Origin: Cyanophora paradoxa CCMP329
Lineage: Eukaryota > Plantae > Glaucophyta
Length of the DNA stretch: 64,000 nt
Assembly: GCA_004431415.1 (NCBI GenBank)
Contig: QPMI01000203.1
Span: forward strand, 62,001-126,000
Reading direction: 5' to 3'
In this document: piece by piece, positions 12,701 through 23,676 of the stretch
Layout of the letters: each line of letters begins with the position of its first letter
Numbering within the stretch: the stretch's first letter is position 1
Position numbers and translations under genes: made by a program
Notes under the pieces: generated by a model
The model's input: only the letters and a program-made list of their open reading frames with translations
Databases searched by the model: none
Told to the model about the DNA's origin: nothing

Positions 12701-15464
12701 CTCCGACCCGCGCCGCCCCCGCGCCCGCGCGCCCTTCCCGCGGGACGCCTGCGCGGCGGTCGGCGGGGGGCGCGGCGCGGCGGGGTGGCGGCGGCGCCTC
12801 GGCGAGGGCGGCGGAGAGGCGCGCGTTCTCCTCGACGAGCTCCCGCGCCCGCGCCTCCAGCTTCGCGAGCTCCCCGCGCAGCTGCCGCGGGGTTAGCGCC
12901 GGAAGCCGGTCGCCGGCCAAGCCCCAGGCCCCCCGCGCCTTCTCGTTCTCCTCGCGGAGGGCGCGCTCAGAGGCGGGGGCGGAGGCGGCACGGCCCTTGG
13001 AGGAGGCCTTGAGCTCGTCCACGAGGGCCGCCAGCTTCCCGCATTGCTCCTGCGCCTCGTCCGCCTGCGCCGCCTCAGACCGGCCCGGGCCAGGCGTGGC
13101 GCTGCGGGATGGCGCGCCTCGAGCTCGGCGCGCTCGGCGGCGCGCTTCCAGCGGTCCCGCTCGGCGACCAGCTGCTCCCGCTCCCGCTTCATCCGCTCCA
13201 CCTTCTCCTCCAGCTTCTGCGCCTCGCCCGCCGTTGGTCCGCGGGCGCGCGCCCTGGGGCGCCCTGGGGGTGTCGGCCCGCGCACCCTCGCGTCCGGGGC
13301 CCCGCCTGCGCCGACGCCGGCCCCCTCGTCGTCCTCCCCGCTAGCTGCCCCGTCCTCCGCTTCGTCCCCGCCCGACGCCTCTGCCTGCTTCTCCCGATCG
13401 CTGCTCTTGGCCGCCGCTGTCTTAGCCGCTGGCGGGGCCGGCCTCCAGTCCTCCTCCTCCCCCTCTTCGCTCGCTGACTCCGAGACGTCCTCTTCGCTCT
13501 CCTCCGCCGCCCGCCGCACGCCCGCCCCGCCCTTCGATGACAGCGCCCCCCCGGCCGCAGCGCCCGCCGTCGGACTTGGCCCGGGGGAGCGTGCGGCGGG
13601 GCTCTTGGCCGCAGGCATGTCGCGGGCGGCGGACGCCGGGGCGCGCGCAGCGGCGGTTCCCGTTAGGGATGAAGTGCGCCCCAGCCGCTGCGCTGTCGCC
13701 GCCGCCGCTGCTGCCGCTGCCGCCGCCGCAGTCGCTGCCGCGGAGGCGGCCGCCTGCGCGCTCGCCACCGGGGTGCCGGCGGCCGGCGACTTCGAGCCGG
13801 CGCGGGCGAGGGGCGTCGCGCCGGCTTTGGGCGTCGTGCTCGAGACTGCCGCCTTCGGCGTGCTCGCGGCGGTGGCGGCGGCCGCGGGCGTGCGGGCGTC
13901 GGCGGGGGTGGCGGCGCGGGACGAGGCGCCCGGAGTGCGGGGCCCCGGCGTGGCGGGGCTCGAGCGGCCCCCGAATAGGGCCGAGCGCGCCGCAGACTCG
14001 GCCGCCTGGGCGTCCCGACCGGCCGGCGTGCGTCGACCAGACGCCGCCGCCACCTCGGCCTCGTCGTCGCTGCGCCCATCGCTCTCGTCGTGTTCGTGGG
14101 TAACCTCCTCCTCCTCTTCCTCCTCATCGCGCTCGTCTTCCTCCTCTAGAGCGCCCAGCGCCGCGCCCTGCTCCGGCGACGCGTGCTTCGATCCGCCTCC
14201 CCGCTGCGCAGGCCCCACCGCCCTTGCCCCCCGCCCCCCGGCGCCAGCGCCCGGCCGGTCGCTGGCCCCCGTCTGCTCCCTCTCCTCCTCCGCGGCCTCC
14301 TCGTCGGCCTCCTCCTCCTCCTCCTCCTCCTCGCGGCGCCGATCGCGCTGCTGCTGTGCCGGCCCTCCCCGAAAGCCAGACCGCTCGGCGTAGCCGCCCT
14401 CGGAGTCTGCGGGTCCGTTGGGGGGCGCCGGCGCGGGCGTGGTGGGGGGGGGGGCGGACGGTCGCGGCTGGCGGCGGAGGAGAGCTCTTCGTCGCCTGAC
14501 TCACTCTCGTGCGACGAGTAGCTACCCCTGTGCGAAGAGGGCGCCGAGAAGCCCGACCGCGTGCTCCGCGCGTCCTCCTCCCTGCGCCGCGTCGCCCCCG
14601 CCCCCGGCCCCAGGTCCCCCGGGCGACGCGCCGGCCGGAGAAGAGGCGGAGGGGCCCCGCGGTGATGGTGGTCTCCAGCGTGCAGGCGTCCTTACGCTTA
14701 CCCCCGAAAAGCCCTGCCGCCCCGCGTCTTCGCAGGTCCACCGCAGGGCGAGCGCGGGGCGACCCACCCGCCGTCTTGGACATGACGAGGTCGTGCTTGG
14801 TCGTGGTGACTCTGTCCGTGCAGAGACCCGCGAGATCCAACGTGTAGCTCTGGTGCGCGGGGGTCAGCGCGCGGGGGTCAGCGCGCGGCGCCTCGGGAGC
14901 CGCGCCGAACTCTCACCCCCAGACTTTCATCCTTGCCGGGCTTGTTCTAAGAGCGCAGTTAGATCGAGAGTCGGCACAGCGCTCGCTAACGCATAATTCG
15001 CGCACGATGCGGACTGAGATCTTCGCGCGCTTGGACTCGAACTGCCCGGTCTTGGGATCCCGGTACATTGTTGCGTCCAGTATCTGCGCGTCTTAGAGCG
15101 CTCTACCGCATGCTGACGAACATTGGATCAACTACCATCGGATCTTCCCAGACGGCGTGCTCGCCGCGGCTGCATTCCGCATGACAACCCCGCGCGCTGC
15201 CGCAATTCAACGAAGTGCACCTCGAATCGCGGGTGCGCACTTTCGCGGACTCGACCACCTGCAGAGAACGTCAAGAATGGCCGACGCGAGGAGCAGCGGT
15301 CGTATGCGGCGGCCCGGGCGCACCCTCTCTCCGCGCTCGATGCGAACAAAAACCTGGTACGAACCACACTTCTCCTTGAAACCGCTAGCCTTATGCGGCG
15401 TTATCTCCAACCTATACTTCGTAGTTCCCGCACTCAAGCTCGAGCTGCGGCGAAGCGCCTTCAT
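9750..15464 (-). CDS. NT-C2 (EEIG1/EHBP1-type) domain protein with acidic/Ala-rich linker and long coiled coil
   Basis: N-terminus KYRLEITPHKASGFKEKCGSYQVFVRIERGERV resembles NT-C2. Many E/A/R heptad exons. C-terminus LEQELIGAKMALAELASERE..PPKKK*. Confidence 0.65.
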
Positions 15465-15773
15465 TGCGCCCGCGCGCCCCGCCTCTCCGATTAATGAAAC
15501 ACGGCCGACGGGGAGTCGAACCCTGGGACGCTAGGCCAGCGATCGAGCAGGCTCGGAGCAGCTGCAGCGATTGAGCTTACGTCGCTGCTATTGAGCGCTA
15601 GAGCCTCTTTCCATAGCTTCAAAGACGGCAGCGATCAAACAGCGCAGGATCGCAGCGATTGAGTTATCGGCGCGCCGAACGCGCTCGCAGCGGCGCACAG
15701 CTTGTAAAATCAGCTCAGCAGGGTCATCTGCACTGCCGGACGGGCGGCGCCGGAGCTGCGGCGGGACTGCGCG

Positions 15774-17707
15774 ATGGAGGTCGTTTTCCTCGGCACGGGT
15801 GCCGAGATCGTGCGCAAGCGGCGCGGGCTCCCGTGCACGGCGATCCGCTTCTTCCACGGTGCCCCTGCCCCTGCGTACGCACCCGGCGATCGCGTTCTCA
15901 GCACCGTCGCCCGCTCCTCCCCTCTTGTGCCGCGTGCGCAGACGGGTCGATCTGGCTGTTTGACTGCGGTAAGACCGCGACGATGCGACGTACACACTGA
16001 GGGGCTCACGGTTATTCCAGGGGAGGGGACCCAGCATCGCTTTCTGCGGACGAACTTGAGCCAAGGCAAGATCGAGAAGATTTTCTTCACATCCCTATCC
16101 AGTGACCACGTGCGCGCGTGTGTCGAACGACGTTGCGGCCCCGAGCAAGGGTGATCCAGCCTCCAGATATTTGGGCTTCCTGGCCTCATGTGCTCCATCG
16201 GTCACAACCAGGCGATCAATAAACAGCCTGTGGATTTATACGGTACGGACGCACAGTCGGCTGGCGCGCACCACTTCTTATGCTATTGATACGCAGGCCC
16301 GGCTGGTATCCGACGCTACCTCCGACGAAGCATGCTCTGCTCCTTTTCTAGAATGGGCATCCGCTTCCGTACCCACGAAGTGCTGGATCAGGTGCCATCT
16401 GTGCACGAGCATTTTCACTGCAATTTCCGAAAAAATACGTTTGACAGGGGAGCGCAACTCCGAGCAGCTCGTACAACGACCCTGCTCGGGTCCATCCAGA
16501 CGAGCTGGAGGGAGAAGATTTAACCCTCAACAAAGCAACAGGCGTTGTGCCAATGTGCGACGCAGCTGCCGTCCGGATTAAAAAACTTCAATGCTGAAAT
16601 GTATGCAGTTTTGAAAACGACCGATTTGTCGTCACCGCTGTTCGACTGAAGCATCCGGTAATACTAATCTTGACCTCCCTGTTCCGGATTTCTTTAGCTA
16701 TTCTTTAGCTTACTTCCGCCAGATTCCAACTCTGGGCTACGTGGTGCTCGAGAAGGATGCCCCTGGAAGGTGTGCAGTACTTGCCGACCTGACTCTGTCC
16801 TCCTAACGCCTCACTTGTGCAAGGTTGGATATCGAGAGATGCACAGCGCTGGGTGTGCCATTCGGCCCTCTCCTTGGTCGGCTCAAGAGTGGGCAGAATG
16901 TTGAGCTGCCGGATGGCACCCTGGTGTGCCATTTCAGGCTGCTGCCACTGCTGAATCATGACGCTACAGACGACAGGTAAAATCTAGTGATGTGGTTGGA
17001 CCACCCTTGAAGGGGCGCAAGATTGGTGCATTGTGCTTGTTTGGATAGCGCGATCCGCAATTCCGCAATCGAGTTACACGCTCGACAGTTGTTCTGGGTC
17101 GCACTTCGGATGTGTCATCACTGTCTCCTGTTGCAAAGAATGCATCACTCATCATATTTGAAGGAGCCTTACCCGACTGTGAGATTCGTAAGGCACTTGC
17201 CGAAGGAAACTTGACTTCTGGTGCTGTGTTACAGGACTTCCCGCCGTTTGTGAGAGGCTGATGTTCCTGTGTAGGCATGATGGGCGCATTCTCCAAGCAG
17301 ATAAACGCTGAGCGTGTTGTCCTTGCTCGGTTTTCTCCTGCCGAGGATGAGCACATGGTCAGCAACACCCCTGAGGTACCTTCATCTGCCTTCCACGTTG
17401 TGCCTCCAATGATCTCACCGAGTGGGTACAGGAGAGCGATGTTCTTCTGCCAGAAGAAGCAGAGGCAGTGGCTGTGGCCGATGGAGATGACTCCACTGGA
17501 GTAAATCAGCAGATGCTTGTACTGGAAGGGTCGTCCAGTGGGGAACCTGTTTCTGTGCAGTTCATTGAGCCCAGTGTGCTGCAGCTACTAGAGGAGGCGA
17601 GATCCGCGTTTGGTGCCTCGAGCCTTGATGCAGTCATCGCAGCTCAGGACTACATGACCCTTGATATTCCCCGCATCGAGCCGGCTGCTCTAGGCGCTAA
17701 ACAGTAG
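15774..17707 (+). CDS. Short-form RNase Z (ELAC/metallo-beta-lactamase) homolog with degenerate metal-binding motifs
   Basis: Motifs [16 protein letters not shown]|[38 protein letters not shown] (exosite), VIAAQDYM. Confidence 0.85.
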
Positions 17708-17836
17708 GTGTGTAATCACGTGTTCGAATTGCATTTGGTCATGATCATGATCATGTGATCATGAGCATTTGGACACGTTCTAAAAACGGATCATGATCAT
17801 GAGCATGTGGAATAAGTCATCGGATCATGATCATGA

Positions 17837-18035
17837 GCATTTGGACACGTTCTAAAAACGCGTACGCAAGTCCGGGCTATAAGTGTGGTATATACACTGA
17901 GTGCCACTGCGGCCGCCGTAGCCGCGGGTCTAGTCCACCATGGCCGGGCCATGGCCAGCGCGCGAGCTGGCCAGCCGGCGGCGGGCCCTGCAGCTGCCGC
18001 AGTGCGTGGCCCAGTGGTCCGGGCCGTCCCCTAAG
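17837..18035 (+). repeat. Dispersed repeat, copy 1 (partial extra copy at ~17765)
   Basis: gcatttggacacgttctaaaa..cgcaagtcc..gggcta.aagtgtgg..ccctaag is shared with 40832-40970. Confidence 0.7.
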
Positions 18036-18147
18036 AATTCGAACAGCTGCAGTAATCCAGAGTCTAGCTTGCTATATTGCGTTCACTGAGTCAGCGTAGA
18101 CAGAGCTAGCTAGCTGTGAACTACGCCTGTCTGGGTTACACGTAGGG

Positions 18148-18297
18148 AGGTCGGACATTCGGACTTCGCAGAAATTCCTGTCAAAACTTTGTCAGAAAAT
18201 TCAGAACGCAGTCTCCTCCTTCTTCTTCGGAAGAAGTCGGACATTCGGACTTTGCAGAAATTCCTGTCAAAACTTTGTCAGAAAATTCAGAACGCAG
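18148..18297 (-). repeat. Inverted, tandemly repeated copy of the intron/exon junction 20424-20512 of the downstream CCAR1-like gene
   Basis: 18208-18297 is almost exactly the reverse complement of 20424-20512. 18151-18210 is a second partial copy. Confidence 0.85.
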
Positions 18298-18490
18298 TGC
18301 ATTGCACATGTTGCAGTCTGCGTACCCCCAATCAGCTCGGAACTTGTACCCGCCTACGTTGTGAGCCGCACAGTGAGCGGTAGAGCGCCAGCTGCAGCCG
18401 CTCGATCGCGCGTAGCGTATACGCGTTGCGGCCGCAGTCCACCGCGGTTAGCGCGCGGTTCACGAGAAAGCACGAGAAACCCGCGCTGTA

Positions 18491-20934
18491 ATGGATCGCG
18501 GCTGGCCAACTGGCGGGCTTCCCGGGCTCCAAGCAGGCTCTACGCCAACAGCCTCGAACGCGTCCGCCGTGCTTTCGCTGCTGGAGTCGCTTCAGCGACA
18601 AGCGGGAGGTGCGACTGGCCTGTCAGGAGGCGCAGCTGGAATGACAGGCGGCGCTACGGGCGGCTTCCCGGCAGCATTCGCCGCGCAGACGCAACAGGCC
18701 GCCTTCCCTCAGAGCCAGCACTTTCCTTCATCGCAAACATATAGCCAGTCGGCAGCCCCAGCTTCCTCCGTCACAGCTCTGCTTAGCATGCTTCAAGCTG
18801 CCCAGCCTGCTCAAGCGACGGCTCCCAGCTCATTCGGGGGATCAAATTTCCCTGCTGGAGCCAACCCTGCTCAACATGCGATCCCTGCCCAGCAGTTCGG
18901 CGGCGCTGCCGGGGCGGGAAGTTACGGGGCGCCTTCCCACGGGGGTAATTTCGGCAGCGCGGGAGGCAACTTTGGACACAGCCAGCCGTACGGCGGCCAG
19001 CCTTTTGATCGCCGGCCGGATCCCATGGATTCGCGGCGCCCTCCTCCCGACCAGGACCGTTTTGATAGAGGCCCCCGTCCGGACTTCGATCGCCGCCCTG
19101 AATTCGATCGCCGACCGGATCCCATGGATTCGCGGCGCCCTCCTCCCGACCAAGATCGCTTCGAGCGAGGCCCCCCGCGAGACCGAGAACCCCCTCGCTG
19201 GGGTGGCCGTGGCAGGGACGGGCCAGGCTTCGGGGGGCCGAGCTTCCGCGGTCGCGGCGGAGGCTTTCGGGGCGGGCGGGACAGTCCGCCTCGGAGGCGG
19301 AGTCCGCCGCCGAGGCGCTCTCGCTCTCCTGCCCGGCGGAGCCCGCCGCCTCGGCGCTCTCGCTCTCCCGCCCGATCCCCGTCGCGGAAGCGGTCTCGCT
19401 CGCGTTCGCGGTCGCGAAGCCCCACCTATCGCTCTCGCATTCCGACACTGCCATCTCTGCGGCGCTCTGGAGTCCCACTTGGTGTTGCAGCACTGAAAGC
19501 GCGCTTCCCCCGCCTTCACATCCCCCAAGTGAGTACGCATGCAATATATTTTCAAGGAAGTGCTGAAAGAGTCGCAGGATTTCCTCTGCGCCAATCCAGC
19601 CGCCCCTGTGCTCCCACTCCAAGAAAAGACACCCAGCCTGGAGGTACAGCAATCGGAAGAAACATCGTCCGAGGTGGTGCTACAGACGGGGCCCAGTATT
19701 CAGGGAAAAGTCATCAATGTCAAGGTTTGTAAACCAGTCAATTCAACATCTTGAACTCACCCAGCACAGCTTGTTCTATACACTGGGTTCGAGCCGCAGG
19801 CAGACGTCAAGTCCACAGAGCCTCTGCACCTGGCATTCAAGTTCCTGGTGAGTATCTCCCAGAACCCGCTTCCAGTTGTTTTAGAGGATCTGCTCACTCT
19901 TACAACTCATTCTCAGGTCGGGAAGAAGAAGAACTCGGTGAGCTTTTCATATCTGCAGGCCTGATGTCTGCCGCTGACTTCGTCAAAACAGCTTCTGGCC
20001 TTTGGAGGCCAAGTTCTTCCAGAGGATGGCGACGATTTCGAGGCTGAGAGCACGCTCATTGCTGCCCTAAGGAGAACCTGCTCCGCGCTTTTCAACACAG
20101 AGCTGCCTGAGGAAGGCTATCAAAAAGTTTGCGAGATTCAGTACAGCAGGCCTCCGGAGAAAGAATCCAGTACATCAGTAATCGATATCACGCACCTATA
20201 CGTGCTCCCAGCAATGCACATCGCATCGTCAAAGGTCACCGTTGCTCGTCAACCAGGTGGGGTGGTACCCAAGGCTATAAGCCTGGACGGGCTTGGCGAC
20301 TACGATTTGAGCGATGTGATGGAGCTCTCCTTTGAGCTGTCGCTGCTGGCCGAGGTCATAATTGACAGCCTGAACATCACCTTCGGCAGCCGTATTCTGG
20401 TTCGTTGGATACCCTGAGAGATTTGTGCGTTCTGAATTTTCTGACAGTTTTGACAGGAATTTCTGCAAAGTCCGAATGTGCGACTTCTTCCGAAGAAGAA
20501 GGAGGAGACTGCAGCCAAAGAGCCAAAGAAGCCGAAGGTGGATGCGGATAAGGCCGAACCCCCAAAAGTCGAAGGCGAGCAGCAGGCCAATAGTTCAGAT
20601 CAGTTGTCAGTCCCATCAGAGGTTGAGAAGAAGGACGAGGCGTTGGTGGCTGAGCCTACTGCAGAGTCTGTCGATGCAAAAGCCCAGCAAGCCCAGCAGG
20701 TGATCAACTCTTATAAATATGCAGGCTCACAAATTGTTAATCAACGTCTATCAGCTCGATGCAGAGATCATTCAGGCGTTCCGGTATTTCGACGCCGGCA
20801 ATGCGGGTTACCTGCTCGGCAAGGATATCGACAGCCTCGTTCTCTCCCTCACGGACACCTTCACCCGTCGGACAGCCCGTGATCTGATTGCAACCCTTGC
20901 CGACTATCGAGACCGGTTGTACTACCGCGTGTGA
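18491..20934 (+). CDS. CCAR1/DBC1-family protein (RGG/RS-rich N-terminus, DBC1 domain, C-terminal EF-hand-like)
   Basis: RS repeats; LKARFPRLHIPQ|DF; FLVGKKK; ELSFELSLLAE; EIIQAFRYFDAGNAGYL..RDRLYYRV*. Confidence 0.8.
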
Positions 20935-20935
20935 A

Positions 20936-21405
20936 GCTGTAAAAATGAAAGAGCCATGGACGAGTCAGTGCTAGCTGCGTTCGGCATAGTCTAGTGGTTT
21001 CAGCGCTAGCGGGCGATGAAGGTGGGGAGTTTGGCGAGCCTCGGAGGACACGTGCAGACTCTTGAATAATTCGAAGAAGATCATGGTCAGGGTGGGCTCA
21101 GCGGCTCCAAGGCGCCGGCAAGCGTGTGGTATAAAAAAAAGATAGGCAATGGGCGTCGACGCGGACGCGCGGCAAACGTTAACGTTAACGCGCAGTCGGA
21201 GAGGGCAAGCTTAAGGGCCGCACTCAACCGATAGAGCGAAATCGATGTTTCGAAAGTAGCCTACTCATTGTCGCCCGACAGCCACGTGCACAGCTGTAAA
21301 ATACAAGAGCCACGGGCGAGTCAGTGCTATCTGCGTTCGGCGTAGTCTATCCGCTCAGCGCTAGCGGGCGAAGATCAGGGTGGGTTACAGGGCAAGCGTG
21401 TGGTA
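20936..21405 (+). repeat. Diverged direct duplication between two convergent genes (~20936-21132 and ~21293-21405)
   Basis: agctgtaaaa..aagagcca.gg.cgagtcagtgcta.ctgcgttcggc.tagtcta..cagcgctagcgggcga..ggcaagcgtgtggta occurs twice. Confidence 0.75.
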
Positions 21406-21515
21406 CCGGTGACAGCCCGTGCATGGCATGGGCTATTATGGCGAATACACTTTCCTACATTTGTAAAATACGAATGCGAAACAAAAAGCTATGCGCCATG
21501 GAGGCGCGAGACCCC

Positions 21516-21936
21516 TTAGCGGGTGAAAGAGCGGCGGGCATTCTGGGCCTGCGCGGAGGGTCGACCATGGCACAGGCGGCGCGGCGCATACAAGCATACC
21601 TTCCGCTTAGCCTTCTCCTGGGTGGTCTCGAAGAACCTGCGCCGGCGCGCGTGAGAGCGGATCGATCGTGCCGGCGAAATATCCCGCACCGATGCCGCCG
21701 GGCCTCCTGGAGGATGCCAGCACGGGACACCGCGCGCTTGAAGCGCTTGAGAGCCGAAGCGAGGGGCTCGCCCTCCTGGACGGTCACCTGCAGCTGGAAG
21801 ACGCTCGGGGCGTTCACGGGCTGCTGCGGGGCGAGTGAGTCGCCGGGCCTACGGCCGAACAGCCTTCTCGCCGTACCTGGAAGAGCGAGAACGGCGCCGG
21901 GGCGGCCGCGGGCAGGAACTGGACAGGGGCGGCCAT
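21516..21936 (-). CDS. rps21: Organellar (probably plastid) ribosomal protein bS21
   Basis: VTVQEGEPLASALKRFKRAVSRAGILQEARRHR|FFETTQEKAKRK|AQNARRSFTR*, with a short N-terminal extension. Confidence 0.85.
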
Positions 21937-22071
21937 GGTATCTGCTGACGAACTGGTGTACCCGGTCGGGCTGCAGGTGTACCCAGTTTACAGCCTCTCA
22001 GACCCTCTCTCGCCGCTTGTCACAGCTGCTTGCGTCAGGAGGCCAGCGCAAGTTATTCATCAGCTTGATCG

Positions 22072-23129
22072 ATGGCGTTCGTCGTCGCCGCGCCACTGCG
22101 GGTGCCCGCCGCCGCCGTCGCGCGCGTGGAGGTCAGCTGCTCCAGCTCAACGCCTGTCTCCGGCCGTCGCGTCTTGCCGGCAACGCCCGCCGCGCGTACC
22201 GCCCTGCGTTCTTGGAGTGCGTCGGGCCTGCGGCCTGCGACCCCATCAGCTCAGCTTCAGCGACGCTCCTTCTTCTTCGGCTCGGCAGTCTCGCCCCTCC
22301 AGCTCGCGGCGGCGCCTCAGCGCGCTGTTCCGCACGTGTGCGCCAAGTTCGAGGAAAGCGTGCCGGTCTCCGACAGGTGTGCGACTGCTGTAGGTGCTCT
22401 CATCTAAACAACTGAGACTGTGCAGGATCTGGGCTGCGCTTCCGTACATGCTTCCACTGATTGACGGTGCTCTATCTATCCCGGGATCTGCCGGCTGCTG
22501 ACCTCACCCGCTTCCAGGGCTCGTTTTTGGCAAGTATGTCTTCAGGTTCGCCGTTCTTGTCTCGCGAGAACGGCGCCGGCCCGTCGATTCTCGCCGAGAA
22601 TCGAGTGCCGCGCCTCGCCGACCCGCGCATGATCGCAGGCAGTTCCCGGCGCTTGGGGCCGCTATCGTTTTGCCTCTGAGCCCTTTCATTGCCGTATACA
22701 CTTCCCTGCCCTTCATCGGTCAGCCAACCCGCTCTGGCCTCTGTCTGCGCTTTTTGTAATTTCGCACAGGTCTCATTCTGTACATCGCACTGTTCCAATT
22801 TGTGATCCGCAATCCGGAGATTTCCCGCTTCGTGCGGTTCAACGCACTTCAGGCCATGTTCGTTGACATTTTGCTCGTCATACCTGGTTCGTTGACATTT
22901 TGCCGCCTCCCAATCTCGTCACCTCCTTTATCTGATCTGCCATTCGAAAGGTCTTGCCGGCAGCCTGAACATAACAAAGAATGTCCCTTTGATTGTTTCA
23001 GAGACTGCTAGCAACACAGTGTTTTACAGCGTTTTGGTCATCGTTGCATACGGCGTGGGAGCGAGCCTAGCCGGCAAGCTTGCGGATCAGATTCCTGTAG
23101 TTAGCGATTCGGTCAACTCACAGGTGTAA
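22072..23129 (+). CDS. TIC20: Tic20/Ycf60 plastid inner-envelope translocon subunit
   Basis: MAFVV transit peptide; DR|IWAALPYMLPLID; VIRNPEISRFVRFNALQAMFVDILL; ADQIPVVSDSVNSQV*. Confidence 0.9.
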
Positions 23130-23676
23130 TGCCCAGAACATTCATATCATGCATATGTGTAAATTTGCTCAGAACTTCGGAAAAGCCTGTAGCTTCATTT
23201 GGGGGGGCGCTAGCGCTACGTATACGTATACCCCGCCCGCGGCCGGCTGGCGCCCCTCGTTGAGCTTGCTTGCTCTCTCTCTCTCTCGTAGAGGGTGCGG
23301 CCCCATTCGGACCCAGGATTAGGTCACATCAGATAACCGGTACAGAGGCCCTGCACGCAGCCCAGCGCTAGCTGCAGCTCGAGGCCTATAGCTAGGCCCT
23401 GCTGAGGCCCCTCCGATTCGGAGAGACATCGCAGTTGATCACGATCCGATAATCCGATGATCGCGGCGGGTACCAGCAATTGTCTATTATAGCAAGTACC
23501 AGCCACGGGGTACCGGTTGATTAAAATTTAAGTAGTTTCGAGCAAGTGCAAAATCAAATTTTATCGTCAGGCTACTGTCCGATGGTCGAAATCCGATGAT
23601 CAAAACCCAAGATTAAAGTACAGCTGCAGTGCGTTTTGAGCGCTGTGCAGTGGCTGCGATCTTCATAATGTCACTC

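Noticed and set aside
9823-14393. Long plus-strand ORFs (558, 858 and 449 aa)
   Set aside because: Low-complexity antisense shadows of the GC-rich coiled-coil gene.
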